A DNA stretch of 63,796 nt, counting the filler, from Thraustochytrium aureum (Eukaryota), in NCBI GenBank assembly GCA_012862495.1. It is 5 parts of 4 records of this genome, joined end to end, with 100 filler letters (N's around TTAATTAATTAA, not from the genome) between each part and the next. Parts side by side here need not be neighbours in the genome. Positions count along the whole stretch, not along the records: positions 1 to 24,959 come from BLSG01000191.1; 4 more parts are not named here. The stretch is one strand, 5' to 3'. A program made the translations under genes and the position numbers. The first letter of the stretch is position 1. Each line of letters opens with the position of its first letter. The notes below the pieces were generated by a model. The model had not been told where the DNA came from. It ran no database searches and worked only from the letters and a program-made list of their open reading frames with translations. Shown in pieces: positions 8,694 through 21,507 of this stretch.

Positions 8694-11600
8694 CTGACGC
8701 CGAACCGTTTGCGGACATCGGCGAATTCTACGCCGACCTCAAGCTCGTGTTCGCCAACTGCGTGTCATTCAGCGGGGCAAACTCGGCCATGGGCATGCTT
8801 GCGCAACGCCTTGCAGCGAACGCAGAACCCCTCTACCTCCAGTGGGTTGTCCGGGTTGCACCTGGCCAAAACCCGCTCCCATGGGCCAACATGGCGCTTC
8901 GCGAGGCCCCGTGGGATAGCGCTGACGCCGTGGCCGCGGCCAAGCGCGAAGCCAAGCGCGCAACCGCTCCTGCGCGCAACACCAAGCGCCCGCTTTTCCA
9001 GGGCAAAGTCGCCCCCAAGCCGAAGCCTGCTCGGCCCGCCAGCAAGGCGGCGGCGAAGAAGAAACCTAGTACCGCCGGGCGCTCGCTCAAGGAGGGCCAA
9101 CTCGAGGACAAGGCCGCAGTGGCGGCCGAGGAGGAAGAGGAGGAGGAGGAGGAGGAAGAAGAAGAGGTAGAAGAGGAGGAGGAGGAGGAGGAAGACGAAG
9201 ACGAGGAGGAGATTGAGGCGAGCTCGGGCGGCGACGACGGCGAGCAAGACGAGCCAGGGACAACGCATGCTCGGCCACCCGGTGGACAGTTTGGCGGAAA
9301 ACCCGCGTCTGCCGCCTATGTCGCGTCACATGAGCTCGGCGACGACGCCAGCGACAGCGACGACAGCGACCGTAGCGAGGGAGAAAGCGACGGCACCACC
9401 GGCGATGACGACGACGAAGACGACGACTACGAGTCCGACGGAAGCGGAACGGGTGCCAAGAAGGCCAGACGGCGCAAATCGGCGCCCGCAGGCGGGGCGG
9501 CAGGTCCCGGGACGCCGGTCTCTCTCTCCTCGCTCAAGCCTTATTTTACAAAGTCAGGGTCAAAGTCCGCGAGCAAGCCGCGGAAGCGGCCCGCGCGAGA
9601 CCTCCGCGGCATGGACGTCGTGTTCACATGCGACGTGGACAGCGAGCAATTCGTGGACAACGCCCACGGAGAATTTCACACGCACTTTGACAAACTAAAC
9701 GGGATCCGAGAGTGGGTGGACCGCGTGCGGCGGGGCCAAGACACAGTGTTGCGTACATGGAAGGTTGAGATCATCCGCAGGTTGAAGGGCGCCACGAAGG
9801 GCAGTTTGGACTCGTACTTTTTGACGCCAGGTTTAAGCGGTTGCGCACTCGGAAGGACGTCGCGGCCTATCTTGGCCTCTCTGCCGAGGAGGAGTGCGAC
9901 CACGTCGCCGCCTTTCAAGTGGCGAACGACGCGGTGGCGCATCGGTTCCAAGACCCGCCGGAAGGCTTTGCTGACGACGCGCTTGCAACGGTCACCGCCA
10001 CGGGCGCTCCACGGGACGGGGCCGCGCCGACGGGCCCTCGGATCTTCCCTCTCCGCCGCCTCGTCGCGCCGATCAAGTGTGGCAAAGTGACGATCCTGGA
10101 GATCGGCCGAGTCGTCGACCTCCCGCGCTTTTGCACCCGCAAGTACATCTATCCGCTTGGGTTCGTCAGCGAATGCCGATTCCTCTCGGGTCGCAGCCCG
10201 GGCCGGTCCACCACCTACCGGTGCGAAGTCACAATGGGTTTGAACCAAGCTACGCCAGCCTTTCGGATCACCGACACGGCAGAGGGCACGTCAGTGGAGG
10301 GTCACAGCCCCACTGCGGCCTGGACGCTCATGATCGTCGAGGTGCTGCTGGGCATGCATCGGTACTGGGACGCGATGCGCCTCGGCGTCGAGGTCTCGGA
10401 CCAGATCTGTGCGCTGAACGTCCAGCCCTCGAATGCGTCGCGCGCAATCGCCCGAGTGGACAACGACAAGAAAAAGCTCGAACTCATCCGCAAGGAGGTC
10501 CGCAAGGTCGTGCAGGGGCTCGTCAAGCGCGTGGAGCTTGACGCTGCGCGCGAGCTAGCCGCAACCAAGGCACGCGACGCCGAGTCGCTGGCGGCCTCGG
10601 ACGAGCCGGGGATCGCTGTCGGAAACGGCGCCACCCCCGACAGGGGTGGAGAGGCGAGCGCGACGGCGGAAGAAAACGGCGGCGGGATGGACTCGCTGGC
10701 GGTGGCGGCGGCAATGGCTGCCATGGCGTCGCCGTCAGAAGTGCCAACTGACGGCGCAAAACAAGCGGCAGATGGCGCGGCTGATGGCGCGGCTGATGGC
10801 GCGGCCACCGAGCACGTGCCCCTCGCGGCAGCCACGACAACGCCGCTAACGCGAGCGTTGCCGCGCCAAGACCCACGCAAAAAGCGCCCAGCGACGCTCA
10901 AGGACCTCATTGGCATTGGTATCATCGACCGCGACGGGACTATTTGCATTGATTACCAAGGGCGACAGTGGACGGCCACAGTCAGCGCAGACGGCAAGAT
11001 CTCTCACGAAACGCTGATCTTTGACACGCCCTCCGCGTTCAGCATTGCCATGAAACGCAAGGTCAACCCGAGCAAGATGGCCGACGACGGCTGGAAGAGC
11101 TGCTCGTACCAAGGCAAAACGCTGCACTCTATCAAGAAAAACCTCACCGACGCCCAGCTCGACCTGATCGACAAATTCCGTCGCGAAAACGGCGAGAACG
11201 AGCCACCAGTCTCGCGCAAACACCCTGGTGACGCGGCAGCGGCCCGTCGCGGCACCGCGGCCGCGGCGGCCGCGGAGCTCGACGCGCTCGACGACCCGCT
11301 CAAGGGCGGCAAAGGAATCGGGGAGCGCAACTACCTGGCTGGTGCACCAAACCTGGACGATTTGCCTCAGCCGCACCAAATCCAGTGGTGGCAGGTCGAC
11401 TTGACGCCGATGCTCAACGAGCAGCTGGCCAAGTACCTCTTTGGCCTGGACCCAGCCCGCCGTGCTAGACGCCGTTGAGGCGCTGCCCGGCATGGACCAG
11501 GTCAAGGTCTACAAGTTCCGCGTGCAGCGCGGCACGCAAGACAAGGAGAACGCGCGGCTGCGAAAGCGGAATGCGATGCTTGACCAGCGCATTAAGAAGG

Positions 11601-14600
11601 CCGAAAACAGGATCGCCAAGCACCAGGACGCTGTCGACCGCCGCGTCGAAGCTGCGGCGCGCCGCCACATGCGTATCGAGGACCGCCTCGCGCGCAACTA
11701 TCGCATCCAAACGAAGAAGGACGAGCGCGAAGCGGCCGTGGCCGCCCGGCGTGAAGACCGCGAAGCACGGATTAAGGAGAAACAGTCGGCCCTGGACGCG
11801 CTCAAGACGCTGCGCGATGAGATCAAGACTCACAAGGACAGCTTTAAGGACGAAAAGTCTCGGGAGATTGAAATGCTTCGCGGCGAGCTCGAGCTCGAGC
11901 AGAAAACGCTCCAGCTCGCCAACGAGGAGGTCGAGCGCACGCTCGCCGAGGTGGAGCGAGTGCGACTTGGCAAGGTCGAACTCGGCAAACAGGAGCTCAA
12001 CAGCATCCACCAGAGCTCCAAGCAGGCCAAAGAGCAGCTCGAGCGCCAAGCCGCGAAAGTGGACAGCGTGCAAAAGCGACTCGAAAAGGCCCTGCGGCTA
12101 GAGCATGAGCGGGAAGCCCGCGAGAAGGAGGAAGCCGAGGTCAAGCAAGAGCTTCTCGTGTTTTACGAAAAGCTGGAAAGGGCCGGCGCGGCCATAGAAA
12201 AGTACCTCAACTCTGCCGCGGAGGAGGACCTTCCGGACGACCTCGACTTTGCGAGCGCGAGCCCGCCGTTGGCGGTGCACACAATGGAGCCTCTGGGCCC
12301 AAATCCGCTTGCAGACACGCTCCTCGAGATCTGGGACTTCCTCTCAAAGTTCGGGCCCGACGTCGGGCTTTGCGAAAAGGCGCCTCTCATGGACGGTCTC
12401 TACAACCCGGACGAGGACGAGACCGACGGGTTCGGAGCTCTCGGAGAGGAGGACGAGGACGGCAACGCGGACGGCAACGAGGATGACGACGGGGACGAGG
12501 ACGAGGAAGACCTCGAGGAGGACCTCGAGGAGGACCTTGAGGAGGACCTCGACGAGGACCTCGACGGCGGCCTGGACGAGGAGATGGAGGACGCGTTCGG
12601 GAACTTGGAGGACGGCGAGGACGGCGAAGTCGACGACGGCGCCTCAAGCGCGCGACCTGGGACCCCCGCCAAGGGCGGCGGCGCAAGTGTCGGGACTGGC
12701 GCAGAAAGCTCGCCAGGAGACAGCCTTAGGAAGAAGGCGGCGCTGGCCTCGTCTGCTCTTCGAAAGAAGGCCACGGCGAACCTGATCGCGAAGAACGCCG
12801 CGCTTCAGCGCCTAGGCACTCTTACCGATGCGGCCGCGGTGAGCAGCACCGCGGCGGGCGCGCTGGCGGCGGCGTACTTCACGCCCGCCCCAAAGCGGAA
12901 GCGCAAGGCGCGCGCGAGACCCATTCTGAAAGAGGCGCCAGAGCGGACGCCAGTCATCCTCTTGCCCGAGGTGCGCCGCGCGCTCGAAGAGTGCGACATG
13001 GCGCTGCTTGGCCCCACGCACGTCAACCTGCTCGAGTTTTTGTTCCTTGGCGAGACGGCCTCCGAACTCAGCGAGGCTGCCAAGGACCGGAGCACCGCCG
13101 CGCGCCGCTATGTCCCGGTGAACGAGTCGACGTGGCAGGAGATCATGCGCTACTTTTGCATGTACCTCGTCAAGCAGATGCAGACGGGCAGGGAAAACCT
13201 CTCCATCAAGGAGACGCTGCACACGCTCGACACCTCTGTGAACAGCAACATGATTCGCGCCGTGGACGTGCTCTCGCGGGACGACGACATGGAGGACGAC
13301 GAGGGCGAAGAGCTTACAGAGAACGCGCGGCGCATGGCCCGTCGTGCGGCGCGAATGCGCCTCATCTCAGCCCGCGAATTGGGTATGCTTCCCATCGAGC
13401 AGCGCGTCCGCGCGCTTGAGGCGGCCGAGTACAGCGGTAGCCCTAGCGTCGAGGTGCTGTTCAAGTATCCGACGCCGCAGATGATCGCCTTGCCGTACGA
13501 ACCCCCAGCAGAACTTGAAAAGCTGCGCCCAGTGGTGTTGGCACCCCCCGAGCCGAAAACCGTAAAGAGCAAGCCAAAGTCCAAGCCTCGCGCTGGTGGC
13601 GGCGGCGCCACAGCGAGCGCCATGGGCGGCTTTGGGGCAGCTGGTAAGGCCTCGGGGGCGAAGCCTCGGGCGCAGAGCAAGCCGAAGGCGCCGAGCTTGA
13701 TCCCCTCGTCGATCTCGAAGGCGACCTCTGAGCACATTGCGAGCCTCCCTCCGTGGGGCCAAAAGCTGGTCGAAGTGCGCGAGATGCCCACGAACCGCGG
13801 TTCGAAAATCCGCGCTTGCGTGAACGAAACCATCGTGCTGCTACGAGAGGCGAATGCCGATGGCTCGCTGACCGACGTCCTTCAAGTTTTGGAGGAGCTC
13901 ATGAAGCCCGGCGTCTTCAAGTCGAACGCGGCGGGCCCGTGCAAGCGGGCCTGCTTGTATCTGGTAGCTGACAAGCTCGCGCATCTGCTGCCTGTGGGGG
14001 ACGACGCGACCCATCCCAGCTCCGCGCCCGAGCCCGAGCCGGTTGCGCCCGAGCCGGAGGTTGTTGCAGGGGAGGTGGCCGCCGAGGACGACGCCCCTGA
14101 GGCGGTGGCACCGTCCCGCAAACGTAAGAAGGCCGCAGACAACGCCGTGAAAGGCGTGGCTGCGCCGGTAGCGAAAGCGAGTCCCGGGGATCTTGTCCCC
14201 ATGGATGCGGAGATGACGCAGAGGTGCCGCGCCGTGGTTCGGCGCCTTGCCCAGGACGAGCAAGCCGGCATATTTTGCGAGCCGGTTGACACCAACGCAA
14301 TCGGGGACTATCTGAGCGTTGTCAAGGAGCCCATGGACTTGAGCACCATCGACCAGCGGCTCCATGCGGGTGGCCACTATGAGACCGTCGGACAGTTCAT
14401 GCGCGATTTGGATCTCATCTGGAAGAATTGCAAGGCCTACAACCAGCGCGGCTCGGTTATTTTCAAGTTGGCTACCGTAATGGCTAATGAGGCCAAGACT
14501 CTCGTCAAGGCTTGGGTTACGCAGGACGCGCGTGCAGCGAAAGCCGAGCCGTTTGTTTGGGACAGTGTTCTCCCAAGCGCGCCGTGGGGGGACGGGGCGC

Positions 14601-17254
14601 CTATCTCGGAAGTGCTGCACACGCCAGGAGCAGAGTCGGGCGCGAAGGGCGCGAAAAAACGCAAGCGCGCAAAAGCCACCGTCAGAGGCTTTTCGCTCAC
14701 CCCAGCCCTCGTTGAACGTGGGTTTACGCAGGAAGGGCCGCAAGTTGGAACGCGAACTGCGCGAAGAGTCGCGGACGGCTCGTTCGACCGCGGCACGATT
14801 GTCGCCTACTCTGCGACTGCCGCGCAGGGCGGCCTCTGGCACGTCAAGTTTGACGACGACGGCGACGCGGTCGACTTTAGCGCAGAGGACATAGAACAGG
14901 GCGCCAAGGTTTACGCCGAGTACACCATCAGCAAGAAGCGTGGCAAGAAGAAGGACAAGAAGAAGCGCCGCAAGAGCAAGGGCAAAACGCGTGGCGACGA
15001 CGATGGCGCCGACGACGACCAGCAGCCAAGTGGGACCCCTGCGGATGACCCATCTGCCTCCCTGAATGGCGGCGAGGATTTACAAACCGCCGCTGCGGCG
15101 GAGGAGCACGGCGAGGAGTCTGGCAACGGGGCCGAGGACAGCAACAGGAAGAAGAAGAAGAAATTGAAGAAGAAGAAGAAGAAGAAGCGGTCAAGCAAAG
15201 ACAAGGACTCTGACGAGCCGGACGACGCCCAGGGCGAGGCGAGCGATGAAGAGGTCGCAAGCAAGCCTGACATGGAGCGTGCGGGCAAGGACTCTGCAGG
15301 CGGCGCTGACACCCAGGAGAACGGTGAAGCGGCCGAAAGCGCCGCTAGCGCGCCCACTGGGGCTGATGCGGACGACCAAGCCGTCCAAGTACCCTCGGTC
15401 CCAGAGGGAGTGGACCTGCTGCGCTTGGACCAGTTTCCCGAGTACGCGTTCGTGGGCGGGATTATCACAAAGTACTTTGCAGAAGCAGGGTGCGTCGAAG
15501 GCGTGGTGACCGAGTTTGACGACGAGACGGGCGAGTTCACCGTGAGCTACGCGGAGCGCAACATCGAGGAGCGCATGAAGCGCGAAGAGTTGGAAGCTCT
15601 CGAGCGCAGGTCGGCCCTCCTCAAGGTCGGGAGCGACCGTGATGGGTACACGGACGAAGAAAAGGAGGTGGAGCGCCTTGAGAGCCGCGACGCGCAGCAA
15701 CAACGGTGCTACCGACGCGTTGAGGTGAAGGTAGAGGCTGGCGGCGCGGGCGGTTTGGAGGAGGACGTGGACGACGACGCGCCCCTCGGGCCGGTGATTA
15801 ACAGTGCCGAGGTCACGGGCGACCTCCTCGCGCCGCCGGTGGTCGAAAAGTACAAGGACATTGCGCTTCTGCGTCGGCTCGTGGTCGCGCTCGGTACGCA
15901 GCGGTACGAAGACATCCCGATCGAGCTTCGCGCTGCCATGCTCCGGCTCTTGTGCGAGCAAGTCGCCGAGAGCGGCACGATGCGCGAGTTGATCGAGCGG
16001 AAGATGCTCATCACGATTAAGACTCGCCAAAAATGGCGCGACCTGCCCCCGGTGGTCAAGCGCGAGGAGAGCGCCTCCGAAAAGGAGGAGGAGGAGGAAG
16101 ACCCAGTCTTGGACCGGCTCGCTGGCGAGGGAGTTGCTGAGCAAAAGGAGCTGGAGCGCAAACTCCGCCAGTTCAAGTCGAAGCGCGAGGGCGCGCTGAG
16201 CAAGAGCCTGCTTCGCGCAATCGAGCGGGTCGAGCGCGACCTCGACAAGCAAAAACGGAAGAAGGAGACGAGGGACGACGCGCGGCGCTGGAAGGCCGAG
16301 CTCGAGTTTAAGCTGCAGACTGTGAGCACGCGGCCCAGGATGCTGGGCATGGACCGGTACTTTAATCGGTACATGCTCTTTCCTGGCGACGGCAGNAAGC
16401 TGTTTGTCTACATCGGCGAGGAAGCTGTCCGGCGCGGCGCCGCCACGCCCGAAGAGAGCGGCTGGCGGGTGATCATGGGCCGCAAGCAGCTCAACACGTT
16501 CCTCGCAAGCCTCAACCCTGCTGGTGCCCGGGAGCGCGCCTTGCTGCATGCCATCCAGACCCGAGCCAGCTTGTTTGTGCGCGGCGAGAAGAGCGCCGGG
16601 CTCTGGCGCGCGCTTGAGCAGGGCAAGGGCCGGGCCGGCGACACCGTGACGGGCGAGGAGATGATGACGCTGATTGGCAAGCGGCTCTGCGAAGCGCGTG
16701 AATCGGGAGCCGCGACCGCCTCGCAGACCAAGCCCCGGCGGTTTTACGCCGAGTCGCGAGCAGGAATCCTGATTGGGGCCGCGGCTGTGGCCCGGCATGT
16801 TCGCGCCGCGGAGGAGGCTTCGCCGGAGCCGATGCTTCGAGGCTCGTACACGGAGCGCACGCTCGTGGATGTCAAGGTGTTTTTGCTCAATTTGGAGTTT
16901 TGCGTGTTCCTCACGCGACTCGACGAGCCCTTGACGAGCTGGATGTGGGACTTGCGCAGGGGCTGGATACGCCTGGTGACGAGCGCAACAGACTGGCGCG
17001 ACCTTCGGCAGGCGTGCTGTTTCCTGGAGGTCGTTTTGCAGGAGGTGTCGGTGCCCATGGAGAACTGGTACGCCAATCTGTACGGGGACGCTGGTTACGC
17101 GCTTCGCACGCGGACCTGCTCTAGTCTCGCTGCTCGCGTCTCTGCGCTTGACATGGCGGTCAACCACGAGGAGCTGTCGCGGCAGGCGCTAATGCGCTCG
17201 ACGAGCCGACGAAAGCCGACGGTGTCGCGCTCCCGCAAAAAGCGCAAGCGATGA
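8694..17254 (+). CDS. Large MBD9/BAZ-like chromatin reader: bromodomain - MBD - FYRN/FYRC (with RAMA insert) - coiled coil - DDT - bromodomain - 2x Tudor-like - WHIM1 - WSD; 5' end in gap; frameshifts at ~9833 and ~11458
   Basis: Joins ORFs 8306-10090, 9841-11478 and 11441-17254. Bromodomain end 'FYADLKLVFANCVSFSG'. MBD 'WKVEIIRRLKGATKGSLDSYFLTPG/KRLRTRKDVAAYLG'. FYRN 'ILEIGRVV...FCTRKYIYPLGF...YRCEV'. FYRC 'GHSPTAAW' plus 'LFGL...VEALPG'. DDT 'LLEIWDFLSKFG...TWQEIMR'. Bromodomain 'IFCEPVD...DYLSVVKEPMDLSTI...NCKAYN'. WHIM1 'YEDIPIELRAAMLRLLCEQV'. WSD 'LGMDRYFNRY...LNPAGARERAL'. Confidence 0.85.
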
Positions 17255-17430
17255 GCCAATCGCTTGCCAATCGGTTTTATAAAAATAATAAAAAAATAGG
17301 ATGTTTCCTGTTACGGGCCAGGCGCCTGGCTGGAGACCGGTCTCGCGAGCTCCAGCTCGAGAGCTATACCTTGCCTCTCTCGTAGCAACGCTGTCTACTC
17401 TAGAGGTAGTAGCAAGAGCAGGGGATTGCG

Positions 17431-18246
17431 CTACATGAGACTTGGGAGGCTCCAGGTCGCCCTAACTGTAGCCAGCACGACGACCGGGAGAGCGACGATC
17501 AGCGTGCCGTGTGCAGCGACCATCGCAAACTTGAGGGTCTCCCGCTGCTTGTCAGAAATAACTCGAGGGGCGTAAAGCGGCAAGACCACGAAGGAGAACG
17601 TCACCGCAAACGCGGTCGCGAAAAACACGTACTCGCGGAGGCCGTCCAGCGGGCCGAGGCGGCCCCCGTTGCCGGTCGCGAACGAGAAAAAGAGCATCAG
17701 CAGCGACCCCTTGACGAGAAACTGATCGAACACGGAGGCGATCGCCGCGAAGGAGGCGATGACACTGACCATGGTGCCGCCGTACAAGTACATGATCGCG
17801 CCGACAATCACCAGGACAAGCGACCTGAAAATTGTTTTGAACAGGACAAGAAACGGCCGGGCTGCCCAGCCCGGCAGGCTTGAGCCAAAGTCCTTGAGCG
17901 CCTGGTCGACGTCCAGCGTTCGCATTTTGCTCAGCGTGTTGAACAGTGTGGAGCCCGAGCTCGTCAGGAAAGCTGGCAGCGCGGGCATTCGAAGCAGCAG
18001 GACCGCGACGCGAAACACGATGAACACTGCCACGCCGAGCTGGAAACTCCTCAGTAAGCTGAGCAAAGCCATGGCTGACTTGACCTCGCCCTCGCCAGTG
18101 ACCAGCTCGCCAACGGCGTTCATCGCGGCCACCTCGCGTTTGAAAGTCCTCGCGATCTGCTCCTGGCTCAGCCCTGCGCGCTCGGCCACCTCACGGATCG
18201 ACATGTCGCGTTCGTGCCGCCTGCTCGCGCTCGTCCTTTTCGACAT
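17431..18246 (-). CDS. Hypothetical multi-pass membrane protein (271 aa)
   Basis: ATG-initiated ORF with coding-like codon usage and about 6 hydrophobic segments. No family recognised. Confidence 0.6.
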   Translation of the reverse strand: MSKRTSASRRHERDMSIREVAERAGLSQEQIARTFKREVAAMNAVGELVTGEGEVKSAMALLSLLRSFQLGVAVFIVFRVAVLLLRMPALPAFLTSSGSTLFNTLSKMRTLDVDQALKDFGSSLPGWAARPFLVLFKTIFRSLVLVIVGAIMYLYGGTMVSVIASFAAIASVFDQFLVKGSLLMLFFSFATGNGGRLGPLDGLREYVFFATAFAVTFSFVVLPLYAPRVISDKQRETLKFAMVAAHGTLIVALPVVVLATVRATWSLPSLM

Positions 18247-18869
18247 TCCTGCCTGCGCCCTCTCTTTAGCTAGCTAGCTAGAGCCCTCCGAGCCGCCGAC
18301 CGCACGCACGCACGCACGCAAAGCCAGCCGACGACGCGTCGCGCAGAAGCGCAAGGCAGCAACAACAAGGCAGCAGCAACAAGGCAGCAGGGCTCTGCCG
18401 CCGCTCCTTGCCGGTCAGTGCCGGTCAGGCGTCTGTGCTGCAGCTGCCGTGACGACTGACTGCCAATCGAGCTCGGTGCACACCGCCCAAAATCTCGTCG
18501 TCGGCAGCGCGTACACCCGTGCGCACCGCGTCCGTCGCGCATTTCGAGGTACTTGGCCGCCGGAGCACATGCCCATGCGATCGATCGGGGCCCGCAAGCT
18601 CGCAGGACAGCGAAGTAGGTAAGGCACAATCCAGAGGGCTCTGGGGCCGTTCCCTGGAGCTCCCGCGCGGCGCAGAAGCGCTTGGCGTGAGCGCGCTGGA
18701 AGGTGGAGGCCGTGTACCCGTTCGCCGTCATCGCCGCGGCAAGGCCATCGGGATGAACCGCGCAACCTGCCAACGCGCGGCCTCGCGCCACGAGGAAAGC
18801 AACAGCGGCGGCCACGAGGAAAGCGACAGCGGCAACCTGCCACGCCGAGCGCGCGGCCCAACGCCGTGA

Positions 18870-18962
18870 CGGACAAAATGCAGCAAAAGCAAGACAAAAT
18901 GCAGCAAAAGCAAGACAAAATGCAGCAAAAGCAGGACAAAATGCAGCAAAAGCAGGACAAGC
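18870..18962 (+). repeat. 21-bp tandem repeat (gacaaaatgcagcaaaagca[ag]) x4
   Basis: Seen directly. Would encode the heptad DKMQQKQ on the + strand. Confidence 0.9.
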
Positions 18963-19741
18963 TCATCAGGAACCTGAACGCATCATGAACAAGGACAGAG
19001 TCATCATCATCATGGCAAAGTCACCACGACAAATCACCACGACAAGCAAACGACCAGGCAATGATCACAAGATTCACTTACTACTTCGTAAGCGACTTCA
19101 CCAGTGGAAAGGAATGTTCATGAACCAGCACCTCTCCAAACACGCTCAACGTGAACCCCGAAACGGCCAGTATCCTCCTCAGACAATCCGACGGTTCTTG
19201 AACAGCCCGCACTGTGAGGCGGCCCTCTCAACTCCTTACAAGCGGGTTCCCCTCCCTTTCAGCCACTTTCCGGCCTCTCGCACGTACACAGTGCAGTCCG
19301 AGAGCGAATGTTCGCAGGGGAAAAACCCAAACTCAAACCCCCTCCCAATAAGTTAAGAGACGCGGATTCTCTTTTTTAAATTTTAAAAACGGTTCAGCAA
19401 GAAGGTGGAGTGGAACTGGAAGCAACTTTTGAACAGCAGAAGAGCAGCNNNNNNNNNNNNNNNNNNNNNNNNNNNNNNNNNNNNNNNNNNNNNNNNNNNN
19501 NNNNNNNNNNNNNNNNNNNNNNNNNNNNNNNNNNNNNNNNNNNNNNNNNNNNNNNNNNNNNNNNNNNNNNNNNNNNNNNNNNNNNNNNNNNNNNNNNNNN
19601 NNNNNNNNNNNNNNNNNNNNNNNNNNNNNNNNNNNNNNNNNNNNNNNNNNNNNNNNNNNNNNNNNNNNNNNNNNNNNNNNNNNNNNNNNNNNNNNNNNNN
19701 NNNNNNNNNNNNNNNNNNNNNNNNNNNNNNNNNNNNNNNNN

Positions 19742-21172
19742 CCTGACGGACAGGGAGATGCGTCGCGTGCTTCGCCGGATGGACAGGGACCTGCGTCGCT
19801 TGCGTCGCCGGATGGACAGGGACCTGCGTCGCTTGCGTTCGCCTGATAGTCTGAAAGCTGGTTCGCTTGCTTCGCCTGATAGTCTGAAAGCTGCGCCGAT
19901 GAGTGCCGAGGGCCAGGGCCGTCGAGCTGCGGCTGCAACGTCGAAGACGCTGGAGGCACTGTGGGGGCTCCGGCCCAAGCGTTCCGCTGCGGGCGTCGCC
20001 CAGCCGGCCGAGGCCGGCTCGCTGCGCCGCAGGATGGCCAGGGCAGTCGAGCTGCGACGCTGCACGGGGCCGTGGACAATACGAGCAGGGATGTAGCGAA
20101 AAGGGGGCTTGGGCTCGAGCGGGCGTGGGAGCGCGGGCCTGCCGACGAGGACGCGGCGAGCAGGAGCCACGGCGAGTCAACGGAGGAAGTGGACGATGCA
20201 ACCAAGGGCGAACACGGCGCCAAGGCGCCAAGGACCCCTGGGCCAGCACTTCGGCCGTTGCCGAGTGTGACGACGCCGCCGCGTGCACTGAAGCCACTGC
20301 GCGACGTTGTCGGCAAAAAGCGCGCAAAGTGGGACTGTTGGACGAGCCCGCTTGCGGTGCGCAAGCTGCCGCGGCGAACAAAGGCGTCCTCGTCCCCGAC
20401 AACCCCACCGCCCGCCGGGGCGAGGCGCAAGCAAGGTCGCAGCCAGGTGCAAGTTTTCCTGGACTTTGGGCAGCGCGACTTTGAGATCAAAGAGTGCCCC
20501 ACGTGCGGAATGGCCTTTGCGCCAGGCGTTGCCGCGGACGAGGCGCAGCACTCGCGCTTCTGCGCCGCGCGGGGAGGCTCGCTCGCTCTCGGCTCCGCTC
20601 TTGGCGAGTCGGTCGCCGCAGCGCTCGCAGGGCAGCAAGTCCTGGAGCGATCAAGGGACGGGCTGACGACGGTGTTCTTCCGCGGGGCTCTTGACGGAGG
20701 CGCTGCCCCTAACGGCCTTGCTGCAAGGGTCCTTGCCATCAAGCGCAGCCTCGTCGACCCAGACATGGGGTTTGGGGCAGGGTGCCCAGGGCGCGAGCGG
20801 CGCCGCGACCTAGTCGCAGTTGCCGTTGACAACTGCCTCGCGGGCCTCGCGGTCGTGGAGCGGCTTGGAAAAGCCGACCGTGTCCGCTGGGCGTCCTATT
20901 CGGCGGCGGGCGGGGCGGCGGCGGCAGAGCTGGCAGAGCTCGGGCCGAGCGACGAGCGCCCCGTGCTCGGCATCGCGCAGATCTGGGTGGCTGCCGAATT
21001 CAGGCGCAGAGGCATCGCCTGCAAGCTGTTGGACTGTGCGCGCGCCAACGCCGTCTATGGCTACATAGTGCCTCGCTCGAGGATCTGCTTCTCGCAGCCG
21101 ACGAGCCAAGGCGCGCGCTTGGGGATCGCGTACGCAGGGCGCGACGGGTCTTTGATGGTGTACGAGCTTTGA
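19742..21172 (+). CDS. ECO1: Eco1/Ctf7/ESCO cohesin acetyltransferase (5' end in gap; N-terminal 33-bp SPDGQG repeats, probable frameshifts near 19838 and ~20020)
   Basis: PIP-box plus C2H2 finger 'QVFLDFGQRDFEIKECPTCGMAFAPGVAADEAQHSRFC'. C-terminal acetyltransferase 'LGIAQIWVAAEFRRRGIACKLLDCAR...ICFSQPTSQG'. Confidence 0.9.
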
Positions 21173-21507
21173 ATAACGGAGGGCTTGCCCGGGCTCGCTT
21201 GGCTCGCTGGACAAGTGTTGTTTGTCGCGTTTGCTTGAACAGGCTATGGAAGCCTGCAGGCACGCGCAACAAAGGAGATGTAAATGACCAAGCAGGCAAC
21301 GAGACTCGCAACGGTCGGTCCGCTGGTCGCCAGCAGTCGCCCGAGCTACTACTCTGTACATATATGTTGCCAATCAGCTTTTCAAGGTCATGGGTTTGCT
21401 AAAATCCCGACCCAAAGCCACATGCACCGAGCCGAGCACCGCTCAAGCGCACGGCGCGCCGGCCCCGCCCTCGCTCGCCCCCCAACCTACACCGCACGCC
21501 AGGGAGG

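Noticed and set aside
15191..17167. Long antisense ORFs (e.g. 15191-17167 minus, 54128-55867 plus, 45026-46240 minus, 48816-50216 minus)
   Set aside because: Shadow ORFs produced by high GC3 codon bias opposite recognisable genes. No domain motifs.
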